DNA of 64,000 nucleotides, taken from positions 57,598,001-57,662,000 of the forward strand of contig OX597818.1 in the NCBI GenBank assembly GCA_951406725.2, read 5' to 3'. The notes beneath the pieces were generated by a model. That model was not told the DNA's origin and did no database searches. It saw only the letters and a list, made by a program, of their open reading frames with translations. Origin of the DNA: Octopus vulgaris (lineage: Eukaryota). Position numbers and translations under genes: made by a program. Positions 12,932-27,046 of this stretch are shown here, piece by piece; positions within the stretch are counted from its first letter, which is position 1, and each line of letters begins with the position of its first letter.

Positions 12932-13075
12932 CAGTAGTACCTCGGTTTTCGAACAAATTTGATCTCGAATAAATCGTGCTTTATATATATAACAAAAGAT
13001 CGATATAGATATATATATATATATAAAGCCCGATTTATTCGTGATCAGATTTATTTGAAAACCAAGGTTTTACTG
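12932..13075. mobile_element. MITE with ~50-bp TIRs (Tigger/pogo-like CAGT ends)
   Basis: cagtagtacctcggttttcgaacaaatttgatctcgaataaatcg pairs with cgatttattcgtgatcagatttatttgaaaaccaaggttttactg, followed by TA. Confidence 0.75.
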
Positions 13076-13084
13076 TACCATTTT

Positions 13085-13378
13085 ATTCTCTTACTTGTTT
13101 CAGTCATTTGACGGCGGCCATATTAGGGCACCACCTTAAAGGATGTTAGTCGAAGAAATCGACCCTACGACTTATACTTTGTAAGCCTAGTACTTTTTCT
13201 ATCGGTTTCTTTTTGCTGAACATCAAATTCACCGGGACGTACACACACCAATACCAGTTGTCAAGCGATTGTAGGGGGACAAACACAGATACTAAGAGAC
13301 ATACATAAATACACACACATACACCCAAACATATACACGCATATATATGACAGGCTTTTTTCAGTTTCCGTCACCCAA
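13085..13378 (-). mobile_element. Family A SINE, 5'-truncated
   Basis: Matches the 3' half of family A (…gtcaaatgactgaaacaagtaa tail). Confidence 0.85.
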
Positions 13379-13427
13379 ATGTATATATATATATACATAC
13401 ATATATATATATATGTATATATATGTG

Positions 13428-13461
<34 letters not shown>

Positions 13462-13506
13462 CACATATATATATATATACATACATATATATATATACAC
13501 ATATAT

Positions 13507-13569
<63 letters not shown>

Positions 13570-13598
13570 TATATACATATATATATACATACATATAT

Positions 13599-14401
13599 AT
13601 ATAAGAATGAATGTTTTTATATATAATGAACGTGAAATACAGGAAGGGACGAACACGGAACACAGACAAATCATTCGAAGCCTTCAATCTTCAGTCAGAC
13701 ACCGAATCATCATAGCAAATTTCGGCTGTTCAATTCTGATATTTGCTCCAACTCGGCCAGCCCCAAGAAAAAAAACTAAGCTGTAAGCATTAGATTTCTT
13801 GGTAGAAGACAGGAATGTGAACGCACAAGACGGATGTAAATACAAGAGACGAAAACGAAATTGAAAACAGTAATGAATAAACAAAATGTATATAACGGTG
13901 GTTGTCATACGACTTTAGACCAAATGAGACAAAACAACAACAACATAGCAGCTGGTGTAGAAATAATTACCGTTTCGGTAGCGGGGACACATGTTGGTCG
14001 AGATACGATGGCCAACAGAATGGTTAAGAAGCAGCAGGTTGCAGGAGAGAGAGAGAAAGAGAGAAAGAGAGAGAGAGAGAATCAAAGAGGGTGGAAGGCA
14101 GGGGACAGAATCAGTGACCAAGAGAAAAGGAGAAAGAAGGGATTAAGGAGGATGGGAGGAAGAGGGGGGAAGAATCGGAGGGCGCCAAAATAGTTTGGTG
14201 AAGAAGCAATGGCGGGTAGGAAAGACAGTGTGTATAGAAGTCGTGCAGGGTTTAAAATTGGACAAACAAACAGGGGGGGGGGGTGCACGTAACGCCGCAA
14301 TAATATAAGAATGAATGTTTTTATATATAATGAACGTGAAATACAGGAAGGGACGAAAACGGAACACAGACAAATCATTCGAAGCCTTCAATCTTCAGTC
14401 A
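13599..14401 (+). mobile_element. Penelope-like terminal (pLTR) partial tandem with 99-bp direct repeats
   Basis: 13599-13697 equals 14303-14401 with one mismatch. The interior (GA-rich tract, gtgcacgtaacgccgcaat) is homologous to sequence downstream of the GIY-YIG fragment at 53240-53640 and to 60600-60870. Confidence 0.65.
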
Positions 14402-14899
14402 TATATATATATATATGTGTGCGTGTGTGTGTGTGTATTGTTCTTCATGTATATATACAATTGTGTATGTGTGAGTGTTTATATATGCAAACATTCATAC
14501 GTCTAAGAATTTATATATGTGCTTTTACCGTCTATATGTGAAAGTGCACAGTATTTGTGAATATTCACAAAAGCAATTTGCAGGTTTGCAGTTTAAGGAT
14601 AAGTATGATCTACTATCTGTACTTGAATATCATTAATACTTTTGTCCCTCTTACTCATATTTCAACGAAATATATACAGATTTCTGACAAACGTGTTTTT
14701 TTTATTTAACTCGCACATTGCAATACGTGGCGTACAGACCTCTTGTGCTAAAGAACACAATGAATAATAGTTGTCTGTATGCGTGGTATCTCACACAAAG
14801 AACGCCAAACGATATGAAGAGAAAAAAGCAATATAGAAAACGCTTGGCTATGGGGAATATATGACAAATCCACATGCATGTACGTTTGTGTGTGTGAGT

Positions 14900-15569
<670 letters not shown>

Positions 15570-16040
15570 TGTGTGATTGAGAGAGAAAGAAATGCCCTAC
15601 ATAAAACATGTTACCGTTTTTGAATATGTATTGTCAAGGCGATCATATATATTTCTTTATTCCTTCGCTGTATGAAAATACAAGTAACAATTGGCGAATC
15701 AACAAGACTTCGAGAGACGTTTTGTACGATGTAATGAATAACCAACTTTACATTTCGTTCCTGTGGTAATACATGTATATCACCTTACGCACACTCAAAT
15801 ACACACACACATCCCTACGCACGCACACGGTGGGTGAGTGTTTGTTTGTATGTGTGTTCCTGTATCTATACGTTTGTTTGTCAGTGCTTATATTTACAAC
15901 CAATTGAAAAGATATTTTGTTCACTACACCGTATAGAAATAGTACTTCTCTTTATTTATTAGCTGATAGTGATTCGTCTCATCGTTCTTTATGCTTTCAG
16001 TGTAAATTCAATAATATGTGATATCAGTAAAGTTTATATA

Positions 16041-16430
16041 GGCGCAGCAGTAGCTGTGTGGTAAGTAGCTTGCTCACCAACCACATGGTTCCGGGTTCGG
16101 TCCCACTGCGTGGCACCTTGGTCAAGTGTCTTCTATTATAGCCTTGGGCTGACCAAAGCCTTGTGAGTGGATTTGGTAGACAGAAACTAAATGAAGCCCG
16201 TCCTATATATGCATATGTATTTATATGTGTGTGTGTTTGTGTGTCTGTGTTTGTCGCTTGGCAACCAATGTCGGTGTGTTTACGTCCCTGTAACCTAGTG
16301 GATTGGCAAAAGAGACCGATAGAATAAGTACTAGGCTTCCAAAGAAAAGTTCTAGGGTCGATTTCCTCGACTAAAGGCGGTGCTCCCGCATGGCCGCAGT
16401 CAACCGACTGAAGCAATTAAAAGAGAATAG
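16041..16430 (+). mobile_element. Family A tRNA-derived SINE, full length
   Basis: Head ggcgcag...gctgtgtggtaag, B box gggttcggtccc, CORE-like caccttggtcaagtg, internal microsatellite, tail ggcggtgctcc...catggccgcagtc...actgaa. Confidence 0.92.
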
Positions 16431-16564
16431 AACAATGTGTCTTAGTTGTGGTTTATTTAATCGAGTGTGTTGTTGACTAAATATCTGTGTAACATTATCA
16501 TGGAAAGTGTGAACCCAAAGAGTGTATTTTTAGGAAGCGTTGATTTTAAATTATTGTGAAATTA

Positions 16565-17112
16565 TTGGGTTGTCCTGAAAGTTCGTGCCGATTTATAGTA
16601 GCTTACCTTTCGACTTATTTTAGAACATGGTTGAGTCCGTAAAATAGGATCTGACTATACCTCCATTTAGAGCACAGTTTAAGCTATATTTTCGTGGAAG
16701 AAGGTTTATGTTCCTATAACGTGTCGGTGTGTAACCCTTTATAATGGAATATATGAAAGTTCATTTTTGGCATTTGATGCTTTGAGAACCAGACAAAAAT
16801 TGCTACAGCTCGGCTGGGATGTGTTACCCTACCCTTCATATTCACCAGATTTCCTCTTATTCACGTCTCTGCAGAATAGTCTTAATGGTAAACATTTCAA
16901 TTCCTTGGATGATGTAAAAAGATACCTTGATGAATTCTTTGTCATGAAACCACCTCAATTCTGGGAAGAGGGTATTTTCAAGTTAAAAGAAAGATGTAGA
17001 CGCATCGGGCAACAAAATGGTTCATATTTGGTTGATTTAAAATGTAATGGCAAGTATTTATTGACCTTTAGCGTTTCTTTAAAAATCGGTATGAACTTTC
17101 CGGACAACCCAA
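16565..17112 (+). mobile_element. Internally deleted mariner (mellifera/cecropia-like), 548 bp
   Basis: TIRs ttgggttgtcctgaaagttcgtgccgattt / aaatcggtatgaactttccggacaacccaa with TA flanks. The start MEYMKVHF is fused to the C-terminal TRQKLLQLGWDVLPYPSYSPD...QQNGSYL. Confidence 0.92.
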
Positions 17113-17574
17113 TACTTATGACAGTGGGTGGGTCTTGGCAATGTGATACATCTTAATATCTTCAAATTAATCTTATTTGAATGTAACAGAGGAATTGTGC
17201 TTGTCTCATGCTTATGTGACGTCACTCACTGTTTCCATGATTGCGACTACTCCATAGAAAAACTCACGGATTTTTGTAGTTTACTAAAATACGTTATGTA
17301 TTTGTCTCCGATCTCCCATTTTATTGTAGCGCACACAGGACCTTGTTCATTCGCTTTTTCGATAAATGATCTTGGATATAAAAAGCTTCCTGTATTGCAC
17401 TACTAAAGATCTGAATCTGAATGCATTAGCGATGGCGGATTCCCAATACCAAGCAATGATTTCCATGAAGAATAATTGATTTTATACTTGCTAAATCACT
17501 GAAGGGCGTGTTTGAGTGAACTTAATGATAAATAAATGGATAGATAAATACAAATATACATACATAAATACAAA

Positions 17575-17850
17575 TATACATCCACACATGAGGGTGTGTG
17601 GAGACTACATAGGTTAAACTAACTTAACTTTGAGGAATAGACTTACGCTACACAGGCAACAAATCCGGGAGCCCACCACTAGGAAAATACCCGTAAGCGA
17701 GCACCTAGACGAATGTCCTGTAGACATAAACCATAAATCACCAAATCTTTCCTCTCTATCAATGCACTGGAAACACTTCAACGCAATTCCGTTTAAATAA
17801 AGTAAACATACTGATTAGAAAATATAAACCACATCTGAATATCCTTTAGA
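17575..17850 (+). mobile_element. Penelope-like GIY-YIG endonuclease fragment
   Basis: Translates CGDYIG*TNLTLRNRLTLHRQQIREP...LIRKYKPHLN; homologous to the 53852 ORF. Confidence 0.8.
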
Positions 17851-18119
17851 AAGAAGAAAAAGCAGAAAAAGAAACTAAAAAAGACTCAATCCCCTCCACA
17901 AAAAAACAAGAAACAATTAAAAAAAAAAGACTTTAGTAACAATCTTCCACCCGAGTACCGAAACCGCAACTCTAAATCACCATGCAAGCACCAGTTGCCG
18001 ACATCACCTACTTCTAGTCCATTGAAATTTTACATGTATGCATATATGTATATATAGGTAGTTGCGATAATTGTGACTATGATGATGTTTATGATAATAG
18101 CACTAGTGATAGTAATAAG

Positions 18120-18337
18120 GTTGATTTCATATTGGTGTCAATTTTCGGCCAAAGGACAGTAATTTTGGAGCGGGGGTAAGTCGATTATATCCGCACTAAA
18201 TGAATAACGGATACATATTTTATCGACCCTGCAAGGATGAAAGGCATAGATGGCATTTGAGTTCAGATTATAAAGTCAGAAGAAATGCCGTTAAGCATTT
18301 TGTACGGTGTGCTGACAATTCAGCCAGATGGCCACCG
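18120..18337 (-). mobile_element. Degraded family B SINE
   Basis: Contains tatcgaccctgcaaggatgaaaggc (Meta core, reverse). Confidence 0.75.
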
Positions 18338-20928
18338 TAAGGTTCCATTTGATATATATGAAAGTAAAGCAAAGGTATAATTATAAATGAAAAATATATA
18401 AGGTATTATTAGTAGCAGTAGTGGTGTTGGTGGCGAAGGAGGTAGTGGTGCTATTGGTGGCTGGATGAGGAAGCGGATGAATAATGGTATCCGTGCAGAA
18501 GATGGTGATGGTGATGAAGATAATGAGGAGGAGGAGAAGTATCGTGATGATGGTGACGAAAGACTTCTCATTTGATTTTGAATGCTCAGGCTGTATATAA
18601 TCTCATGGACATGTGTGGAGTGAAGAGGCATTATTACTAATAACATATCCAAATCAAGAAATAAAAAGCTGGTATTTTCCTGTCATGCGTTTTATCATAA
18701 TAAATGTAACATTCACAGCTTGTAAAAAGTAGAAAACAAAATATGAATATTTCTGATGTATTTTCATGCATTTCTTTTTTAAATCTTCCGTGTTTGTATA
18801 CAAATATATATGAAGAATGGGAAAAAATAACGAGAACTTTTGTAAACAATGGATATAAAAAATTCTAATCTCCCACAGTTTCTGAGATTTTAGTTCATAC
18901 TTCGATCTTTTATACTGAAAACAGAAGATTATATATAAAAGAATCGTTTCACTGTTTCAACTGAATTTCATTTCTAGTTTTTATTTCGTTATTTCTTCGA
19001 AATTTTCCTTATCAAACATGACATACATAATGGCTTATTTCATGTGCATTTGGCTTCAGGTAAATATGATGATACATTCTAATCGCTTGATATTATATTA
19101 TCTATAGATCTGAAAAGATAATGCACTATACAATTTTGTTTAGTCTGGCAGCATTTGCTTGCGAAATTACAAAAGACAATGTTGACAATACAATTTTATT
19201 TCATTAACTTTTAGAATGTTCTGCGTATAAGATATATAAGATACAAACATTAATTTCTTCCTGTACTGTATTAAGGTGTCTTTCTTGCATGTTGCAACAG
19301 TAATCTTCCTTTAGTATTACATCGAAATAAATCTAGAAAGCTAGACTCTTACACTTTTTTCCGTCTGTAACAGAATTGTTGTGTGGAATAAACAATTGCA
19401 TTATTCTAAGAAACACGAAGAAAATTAAACTAACGTTATATAAGCACGAATAACGATATCGCCTAAAACTTTTCCAGAAAATGCCTGAAATTCAGAATTT
19501 GTGTACAATATGAATTACAGGAAGGATAAAAATCCCGAAAATTTCGAAGGAAGAAATATCGTTGACATAACACCATGGTTTCATACATATAAGAATAGTT
19601 TTGTACAATTCATAGGAAAACAATTGTTTTTAATTAGTGATTTTAAGTTAATGTTATTCTCAATTATCTACAAAACGTTTCTCTTTAAACGGATATTTTA
19701 ATACCATGCTATCAATCCATTAAAAAAAAAGGGAAATATATTTAAAAAGTTCCTACATTAGATGTTCACTTAATGAAATCGTTTTGTATTCCACTTGCAG
19801 GATGTTTGCGATGTAAGGAATTCTCAAACACAAAGAAGAAAAAGAAACAAATATCTCGTAATGTTGTAAACACTTCGAAGGAGTCAATAACCTTTACTCC
19901 ATGAAAGGTAAACTACCTGCTCATATACGAGATCGTGATTAAACGGTTGAAAGCACAAAGAAATAAGAGTCCAGACCCAGGATCTGAAAGGAAACGTACC
20001 TTATGTTCTAGTGTTGCAATAAGGGGTTTTACAGAAAGAAAGAAAAGAAAGGCAATTGTAGAGCAACTCGTTAAAAGCAATGACACTATATACGAAATTT
20101 CACGTCCGAAATACTTGCCCAGGAAATCTAACTAAAGTACTAATCGAACTTACCAATGTAATTGAAGAGGCAAATGAGCCATCTAATTAACAATTCTACC
20201 AAAAAGGGAAGGACAGACAAACATGAACGAGACATATATTTGTTAGTCACGGCCGAGACAAAAAACTTTGAGAAATTGGATGGCGAAAGCGCCCGGCTCA
20301 AAAATCTGTGAATACCTCAAAGAAAGACGTTAAAATTAGTTGAAAACGGATGGAAATGTCCGACTACTTCTCTTCGTGAATTACTAGAAAAATACACAAA
20401 TTTTGGCACAAAAAACTATTGGCTGTCTTTTTTATCTGACAAGGATGAGAGTGTTATACTTTCTCTAATATTACATTGTTATTTTCAGGCAAGTGCTGTG
20501 ATCATACTGGAGCACAGCATTAGCAATGTTCATTTTAGACGCGCTTCCGGAATAAGTCTTGGTGGACTAGTGATTTCAACAGAGCTGCCGTGTCCTGCAG
20601 TGCTACGATGTGGGATCCATTTGCTAAATCAGGCTAAAATTAGTTGGAAAAAAATAAAATATTCTTTGTTTAGAATCCATAATTCATGCAATGACAGTCG
20701 ATGTTCCTGCCAAAATTTACAAACAGTGGACATAAAGACAAAATTTAGGGACGCCTGTATCACTTGTAAGAGCTGTTATTTTTATCTGCTACTTAATGCA
20801 GTCATTGAAAAATATTTACATTATAGAAACCGAAAATTCAGTAAAATTCGTGGATTCACAAACATCCTGCAAGTGAAATAAAAAACGATTTCATAAAGTG
20901 AACACCTAATGTAGGAACTTTTTAAATA

Positions 20929-22217
20929 CGAGGGGCGTTCAATAAGTAATGCCCCTTACCCACTTCCCATAGCAGTAGAGCAACGAAACTTGGCACAGTT
21001 ATTAGTCTTTTTCTACATAGCAACCATCCAGAGTTACCCATTTCTCCCATTGTTTGATGCAGTTCTGGAGACCGTTTTTGTAGAAGACCCCAGCTTGGTC
21101 CTCCAACCTGAACGTGACTTCAGAAATCAAGGCTGCATCATCTGGGAAACGCTTTCCTTTCAAAAACAACTTCATGGCTGGGAAGAGGTGAAAATCAGAG
21201 GGTGCAAGGTCAGGAAAGTAGGGGGATGGGGGAGGAGTTCATAGACATACGCCTGTGCTTCTGATCTGGGGACCATCGAGTTGTGGACCGGAGCGTTGTC
21301 CTGCAGGAGGAGGATGCCTTTGCTGATCTTGCCCCGCCTCTTGATTTTGATAACTTCTCTTAATTTCCTCAAAAGTGAAGCATAATAGGCTCCTGCAATT
21401 ATGGTACCCTTTGCCAGGAAATCTGTCATCACTACTCCGTCCTGGTCCCAGAAGACTGTGAGCATGTCCTTGCCAGCGGAGGGCTGCATCCTTGCCTTCT
21501 TTGGAGGGGTGAGTCACGGTGCTTCCACTGCATTGACTGGGCTTTGGTCTCTGGATCATCGTGATGGACCCAGGTTTCATCCTGTGTAATCAGTCTTTTG
21601 AAACATTTTGACTCATCTTCTTGGCACATCTCCAAATTCACCCTCGATCACTCGACGCGTTCTTGCTTCTGGAAAGGCGTGAGCAACCTGGGAATCCATC
21701 TGGCAGACACCTTTTGCATATGCAAATGGTCATGAATGATAGTTTCCACTGACCCGGTACTAATCTTGACCTCATGGGCTATTTGGCGAATAATTATGCG
21801 TCGATCTTCCAAAATGGCAGCCTCAACTTGACGGACAGATGCCTCATCAATGGCAGAAGGGGCGACCAGATCTGGGAGCTGTTTCCACAGAGTTCCGACC
21901 ATGTTTGAATTCACGATGCCAGCGTTTTACAAGGTCATATGATGGGGCATCATCACCATAAGTTACTTTCATTTCATCAAATGTCTCCCGTGGTGTGCGT
22001 CCTTTCAAATACAAAAACCGGATCACTGCTCGACACTCAACAGGCTCCATTTCACACTTGACTCGGTTCAAACACCTGTAAATCAGAAACCACAATTAGT
22101 TCAGAGCTGTAATTTGCCACTTACTCTATAGAGATATAAATGATTGCACATGCAAAATTACAGCTAGATCAAACAACTGCATGTGGGTCAGAGGCATTAC
22201 TTATTGAACGTCCCTCG
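20929..22217 (-). mobile_element. Mariner (DD34D, irritans-like), full length ~1.29 kb, defective; same family as 740-2018
   Basis: Same TIRs, TA flanks at 20927-20928 and 22218-22219. Confidence 0.97.
21003..22050 (-). pseudogene. Mariner transposase pseudogene
   Basis: ORF pieces 21847-22095, 21648-21914, 21432-21641 and 21172-21489: MEPVECRAVIRFL, WIPRLL, TQDETW, LLQDNAPVH. There are 34 residues to the third D once the frameshift is corrected. Confidence 0.95.
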
Positions 22218-22909
22218 TATGGTATTAAAATATGCGTTTAAAGAGAAACGTTTTGTAGAAAAATTGAACCTAAATAGATAATTGAGAATAACATTAACTT
22301 AAAATCAATAATTAAAAAACAATTGTTTTCCTATGAATTGTACAAAATTATTCTTATATGTATGAAGCCATGGTGTTATGTCAACGACGATAAATTGTTG
22401 TACTATTCATCAAATACAAATATATTGTTATCAGTGATGACATGATATTAACTATTCTCTTTAATGTGTTACAAAAAAGATTGAAAATCCCAGTGAAATA
22501 TATATCTATATCATTCAAAACAGCGGAAATCAAAGAACCTAAATCATATTTAGAAAACCAGCCTAGATTTGATTTAATGATTTAACAAAATAAATACATT
22601 ATTTATGTCCTTTTGCCATATTGAAAATATATGTGCTTAAAATAACATGACGTGGTTCATCTTATAAGTCAACCTTTCTTTGCACTGTATATCAGTAGAA
22701 CTTTCAAATATTGAAATATACTGGGATTCGCTTAAGTGAATAATATATCTCCCCAGACAGTATTACAGTAAAATACACAAGCACCCATAACACAAAGATA
22801 TACAAACACAACCTCAAACATATGCACACCCGCGTAGACACGTATACACATCTGTGTGTAAAGAATTCTCCGCAGTTAGTTGGAGTAATACTTTATTGGT
22901 GAATTAATA

Positions 22910-23490
22910 ATGGTTTCAAATTTTGTCACAAGGGCAGTAATTTTGGGGAAGAGGGTGGGGAGTCGATTATATTGACCGCAGTGTTCAACTGGTACTTAAT
23001 TTATCGACCCCGAAAGTATGAAAAGCCAATGTCGACCTCCTCAGCGGAAATTAAACTCAGAAGGAAGTGACGGGTGAAATAGCGCTAAGTATTCATTTGT
23101 GCTTTAGGCAGAAGGTCCGAAAGTTTTGGGGATGGGGGACAGTCGATTAGATCGACCCCAGTACGAAACTGGTACTTTATCGCTTTATCAACCCCGAAAG
23201 GATGAAAGGGAAAGTCGACTACAGCGGAATTTGAACACAGAACGTAAATACAGACGAAATACATATTTCTTTACTACCCACAAGGGGCTAAAACAGAGAG
23301 GACAAATAAGGACAAACAAACGGATTAGGTCGATTATATCGACCCCAGTGCGTAACTGGTACTTAATTTATCGACCCCGAAAAGATGAAAGGGAAAGTCG
23401 ACCACGGCGGAATTTGAACTCAGAACATAAAGACAGACGAAATACCGCTAATTATATCGTCCAGCGATAATTAATTCTGCCAGCTCAGCG
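22910..23490 (-). mobile_element. Family B SINE cluster (dimer plus adjacent degraded copy)
   Basis: Three Meta cores (tatcgaccccgaaag.atgaaa) on the minus strand. Confidence 0.88.
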
Positions 23491-23682
23491 CAATTATTGG
23501 CAATTTAATAATGTCTTGTTTCAATATTTGTATTAGAAACTCTGTCCATAGATTATCCATAAAACGTCAAGTAATATCCAAAACCAAAAGAGATATAGTT
23601 TTTCCTTTATAAAATATATCTTCGTGAATTGAAAAATTAAGACAAATTTATTTCTGCATTCTGTTGTTAGAGTGTCTGACTG

Positions 23683-23752
<70 letters not shown>

Positions 23753-24549
23753 CGTATAAGTGTATGTGTGTGCGTGTATATATTGTATGTATGTTCGTAT
23801 GAACGTATGTATGTATGTGCAACACAAAATATTTCTGGAAGCCCTCACATGCACATGGAAAATTAAATTAAGCGGTGACGTACTCACTGACATATGCAAT
23901 AAATTTTGAATAAACAGAATTTTTCTTAAATATAGCGTAATATTTTATAGGTAATTATGTATACACTGTTCCCCATTAATTATAATTTGAGAGAAAATTC
24001 ACGAAGTATATTCGGGCATTTTAAAATTGTATTCTTTCGGTATTATTTATCCTCAAGTAATATATTTTGTATATATTCCCCTCGGTAATTTTCCAAAATA
24101 TTATTTGGAAACCAATTAAACCAATATATATTTATTAGAAATGACGAAAATTCACTGAAATGGCTTTATTGCCAACCCACAGAAGAATTTAATTATTTTA
24201 TTGTTAAACATGTAAGAATAATATTTTAGCACTTCTTATAATTATTTCTAAATAAAGCAAATGCGAATATAATGTTAGTTTTATTAATGACGTTTAGAAT
24301 TTAAACAATCAAGATTTCAAAATTACGTTTTAGATGGCTAATTATTTTTAGTCATGATTTTTTTTTCATGATTTATAAATTTGTAATAATTTGTTGATAT
24401 TTCATTAGCAAATGCATCTCTTCTTTAAATACTTTCACGTATTGAATCACGGTAGAACATGACTACTTTCTCTATTGAAGAGAGGAAAACAAACAACAAA
24501 AATTACTATAAGCAAGTTTCTGATGAACGTAAAAAATCATTATCGAGAA

Positions 24550-25221
24550 AGGTGACACCGATGCATGCTTATTTTAACACTTTTCTCGCCACCAGTCAGT
24601 ATTCGGTCCAAAAATGTTAATTCGTGAGACGTGACAGCAAAGAAGAGCACACGTTCACCATCTCTGCGCGATTAGACTCGGAAAGTTTGTGAGGAGACCA
24701 TTGTCTTAATTTGTTGACTTTTCCGATGTCACGTTTTTTGTCGATGAATGTTTGAATGACCAAATCCCAGCTTCCCTCCGAGTTCCTCAACGGTTACGAT
24801 GGGATTTTGTACACTATGTTTAGCAGGAGGACGTCCTCGTGGAGCTTTACAGATCTTCCAGTACGAGGTTCGTCTTCTTGGCTCTAGGTTCTTGCTCGAA
24901 ATTTCTGGAACCACTGTTGACACTTGCTTACACGTATTGTTCTATTCCTATATACTGCATTAATATTTTTTGCACTTTCTATTGCGTCGTTGCCGAATAT
25001 GCCCCCTTTGTCACTTCGATTATAGCTTTGAAAAATAAAAAACAAATCAAATCAACGACAGTTGAAATCGAACTGCACTCTTCATAACTTACACTAAGAA
25101 TAAGCCTAAGGTAAACTTACTGCCTACTTTTATAGCAAGTTAATGAGGGTAGTTTATTCTGTCCCCCTCCGACTTTTAGTTCATGGAATTGAAAAAGTGC
25201 ATTATTTATGAGATGAACCAA
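24550..25221 (-). mobile_element. Truncated mariner (5' half), third mariner family
   Basis: Minus strand starts TA+ttggttcatctcataaataatgcac (TIR-like) and translates QNPIVTVEELGGKLGFGHSNIHR...IGKVNKLRQWSPHKLSESNRA...DRILTGGEK. Confidence 0.85.
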
Positions 25222-25430
25222 TATATATATATATATATATATATATACAAAAAGCAATAAAGATTCAAGTTAATTTAAAAGAATTTACTTGAATATGGTA
25301 CCTAACTTAGATGCACCAAAAAAACTATACTGATTTAACAATACAGTAATGTGGGGTGATTATAAGCGAGAATGAAGCAACAAGAATGGATAGGTTTTTG
25401 TACTAAAAACCTATCCATTCTTGTTGCTTC

Positions 25431-25558
<128 letters not shown>

Positions 25559-25564
25559 GTATTT

Positions 25565-25634
<70 letters not shown>

Positions 25635-26906
25635 TCCTAGATGTGTGTGTGCGCCCTGTACTAACTATCTGAAAGGAATTCACGATAATCGAATGGAGTA
25701 TGAACGTATCAAATAAATATTTTCCGGAAATTTATGTACACAGTTATTAATAAAAGGACAAGGAGTGATTGAAATTACTTTATGATCGGTAATATAACTG
25801 ACGAAATATTTTAGTATGGAAATATTTTAGTATAGAAACCGAACTGTCACATCGAACTCTTGGATATACTCGAAATAGCCGATATAAGTTATCGGGGTTA
25901 CTACCACAAGCCCTGTTATTAAATTTAGCTGTCCAATGCAGCGAGCAATTCCTTAAATTTAAACAATTCTCAAATTTAAAATCAGACGGCTTCTTTTCAT
26001 CATACTCAAACTATATCACAACAGTGTTGGCGACATTCCAAGAACCAATATACGTTTATCCAAAGTTTCGCGACTTATATAATCAAACCATTATGCTGTT
26101 ACCTTATGTTCCTGCCCAGGTCATAATGTCCACTTCATACATATTCACAGTATTGATTCTAAAGTTGTATAATTCTATAAAATCTGAAAGAATTACTCAA
26201 CAAAATGAATGCAATCACAGACATCCGTAGACAGGGAAATGGTACAGAAAACAATTGCGACAGAAAGCTATTAAATAATGTATCCGTATTTCACAATAGA
26301 TATAATTAACTGTTTTGGTCCGGCTGCAGTTCCTGCAGACCCCTTACCATCGCAATCAATATCATCTGCTTACCTTCATTTCAAATCTCTTTGCCTTCGA
26401 CGACACCATCAAGGACATCGCTGTTCTTCATTGTCGTTGGCGCCGTCATCATCATCTTCAGACACATCTACATACATACACACAAACACACAGACACACA
26501 CACATATATATATAGACACGTGTATGCGTCTGCAGATGTATATGTTAGTAAACGTGACCTGTTTACAGTCACTTTACATTATTGCACAACATGGCTAACG
26601 TATGTCATTGTTCTAAACTCTTGTGAACTCTATTAAAATATCTCCATATAATTTTTGTTGCAGACATTTTCTTACATTATCCTCTGAAAATTAAAAAAAA
26701 GGAAAATTATCTAATCCATGAAAAAGTTTCAGACGTCCATCTGTCTTGTATTACATGTGGAGTCTACCGCCATTTTAAACCGCCATTTTTACTTCAGACT
26801 GAATGGATTGTGTTTTAAGATAAACAAATATGGAAAAACGTACAATCAATATTTCGTTTTGGGATTTGGTTTGCAAGATTCTTTATATGAGTTCGTATGT
26901 TGAAGC

Positions 26907-27046
26907 ATATTCTGTTGTGTCTGATGCGAGTAATTTTTTTTTGTGCCTTATAATTTAACACATTCACCGGTAAAAATTCCACTTATGAGTGTGTTAAATT
27001 ATAAGGCACAAAAAGAAAATGTCTCTCCCCAGACACAACAGAGTAT
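26907..27046. repeat. Inverted repeat, ~55-bp arms
   Basis: ttctgttgtgtctg...ttttgtgccttataatttaacaca pairs with tgtgttaaattataaggcacaaaa...cagacacaacagag. Confidence 0.85.

Larger units (their letters stand above)
19559..22387 (+). mobile_element. Decayed long-TIR (~250 bp) DNA transposon, probably Tc1/maT-like, with a mariner inserted in its right TIR
   Basis: 19559-19808 is the reverse complement of 20860-20928 plus 22218-22387. The interior has transposase-like remnants (GSERKRTLCSSVAIRGFTERKKRK; LNAVIEK). Family assignment is inference. Confidence 0.75.

Noticed and set aside
13670-13770. ctgaaga / cagccgaaa on the minus strand as a hammerhead
   Set aside because: The motifs cannot be folded into a consistent three-stem core.
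17216-17225. Perfect CRE palindrome GTGACGTCAC
   Set aside because: A single short motif with no promoter context; could arise by chance.
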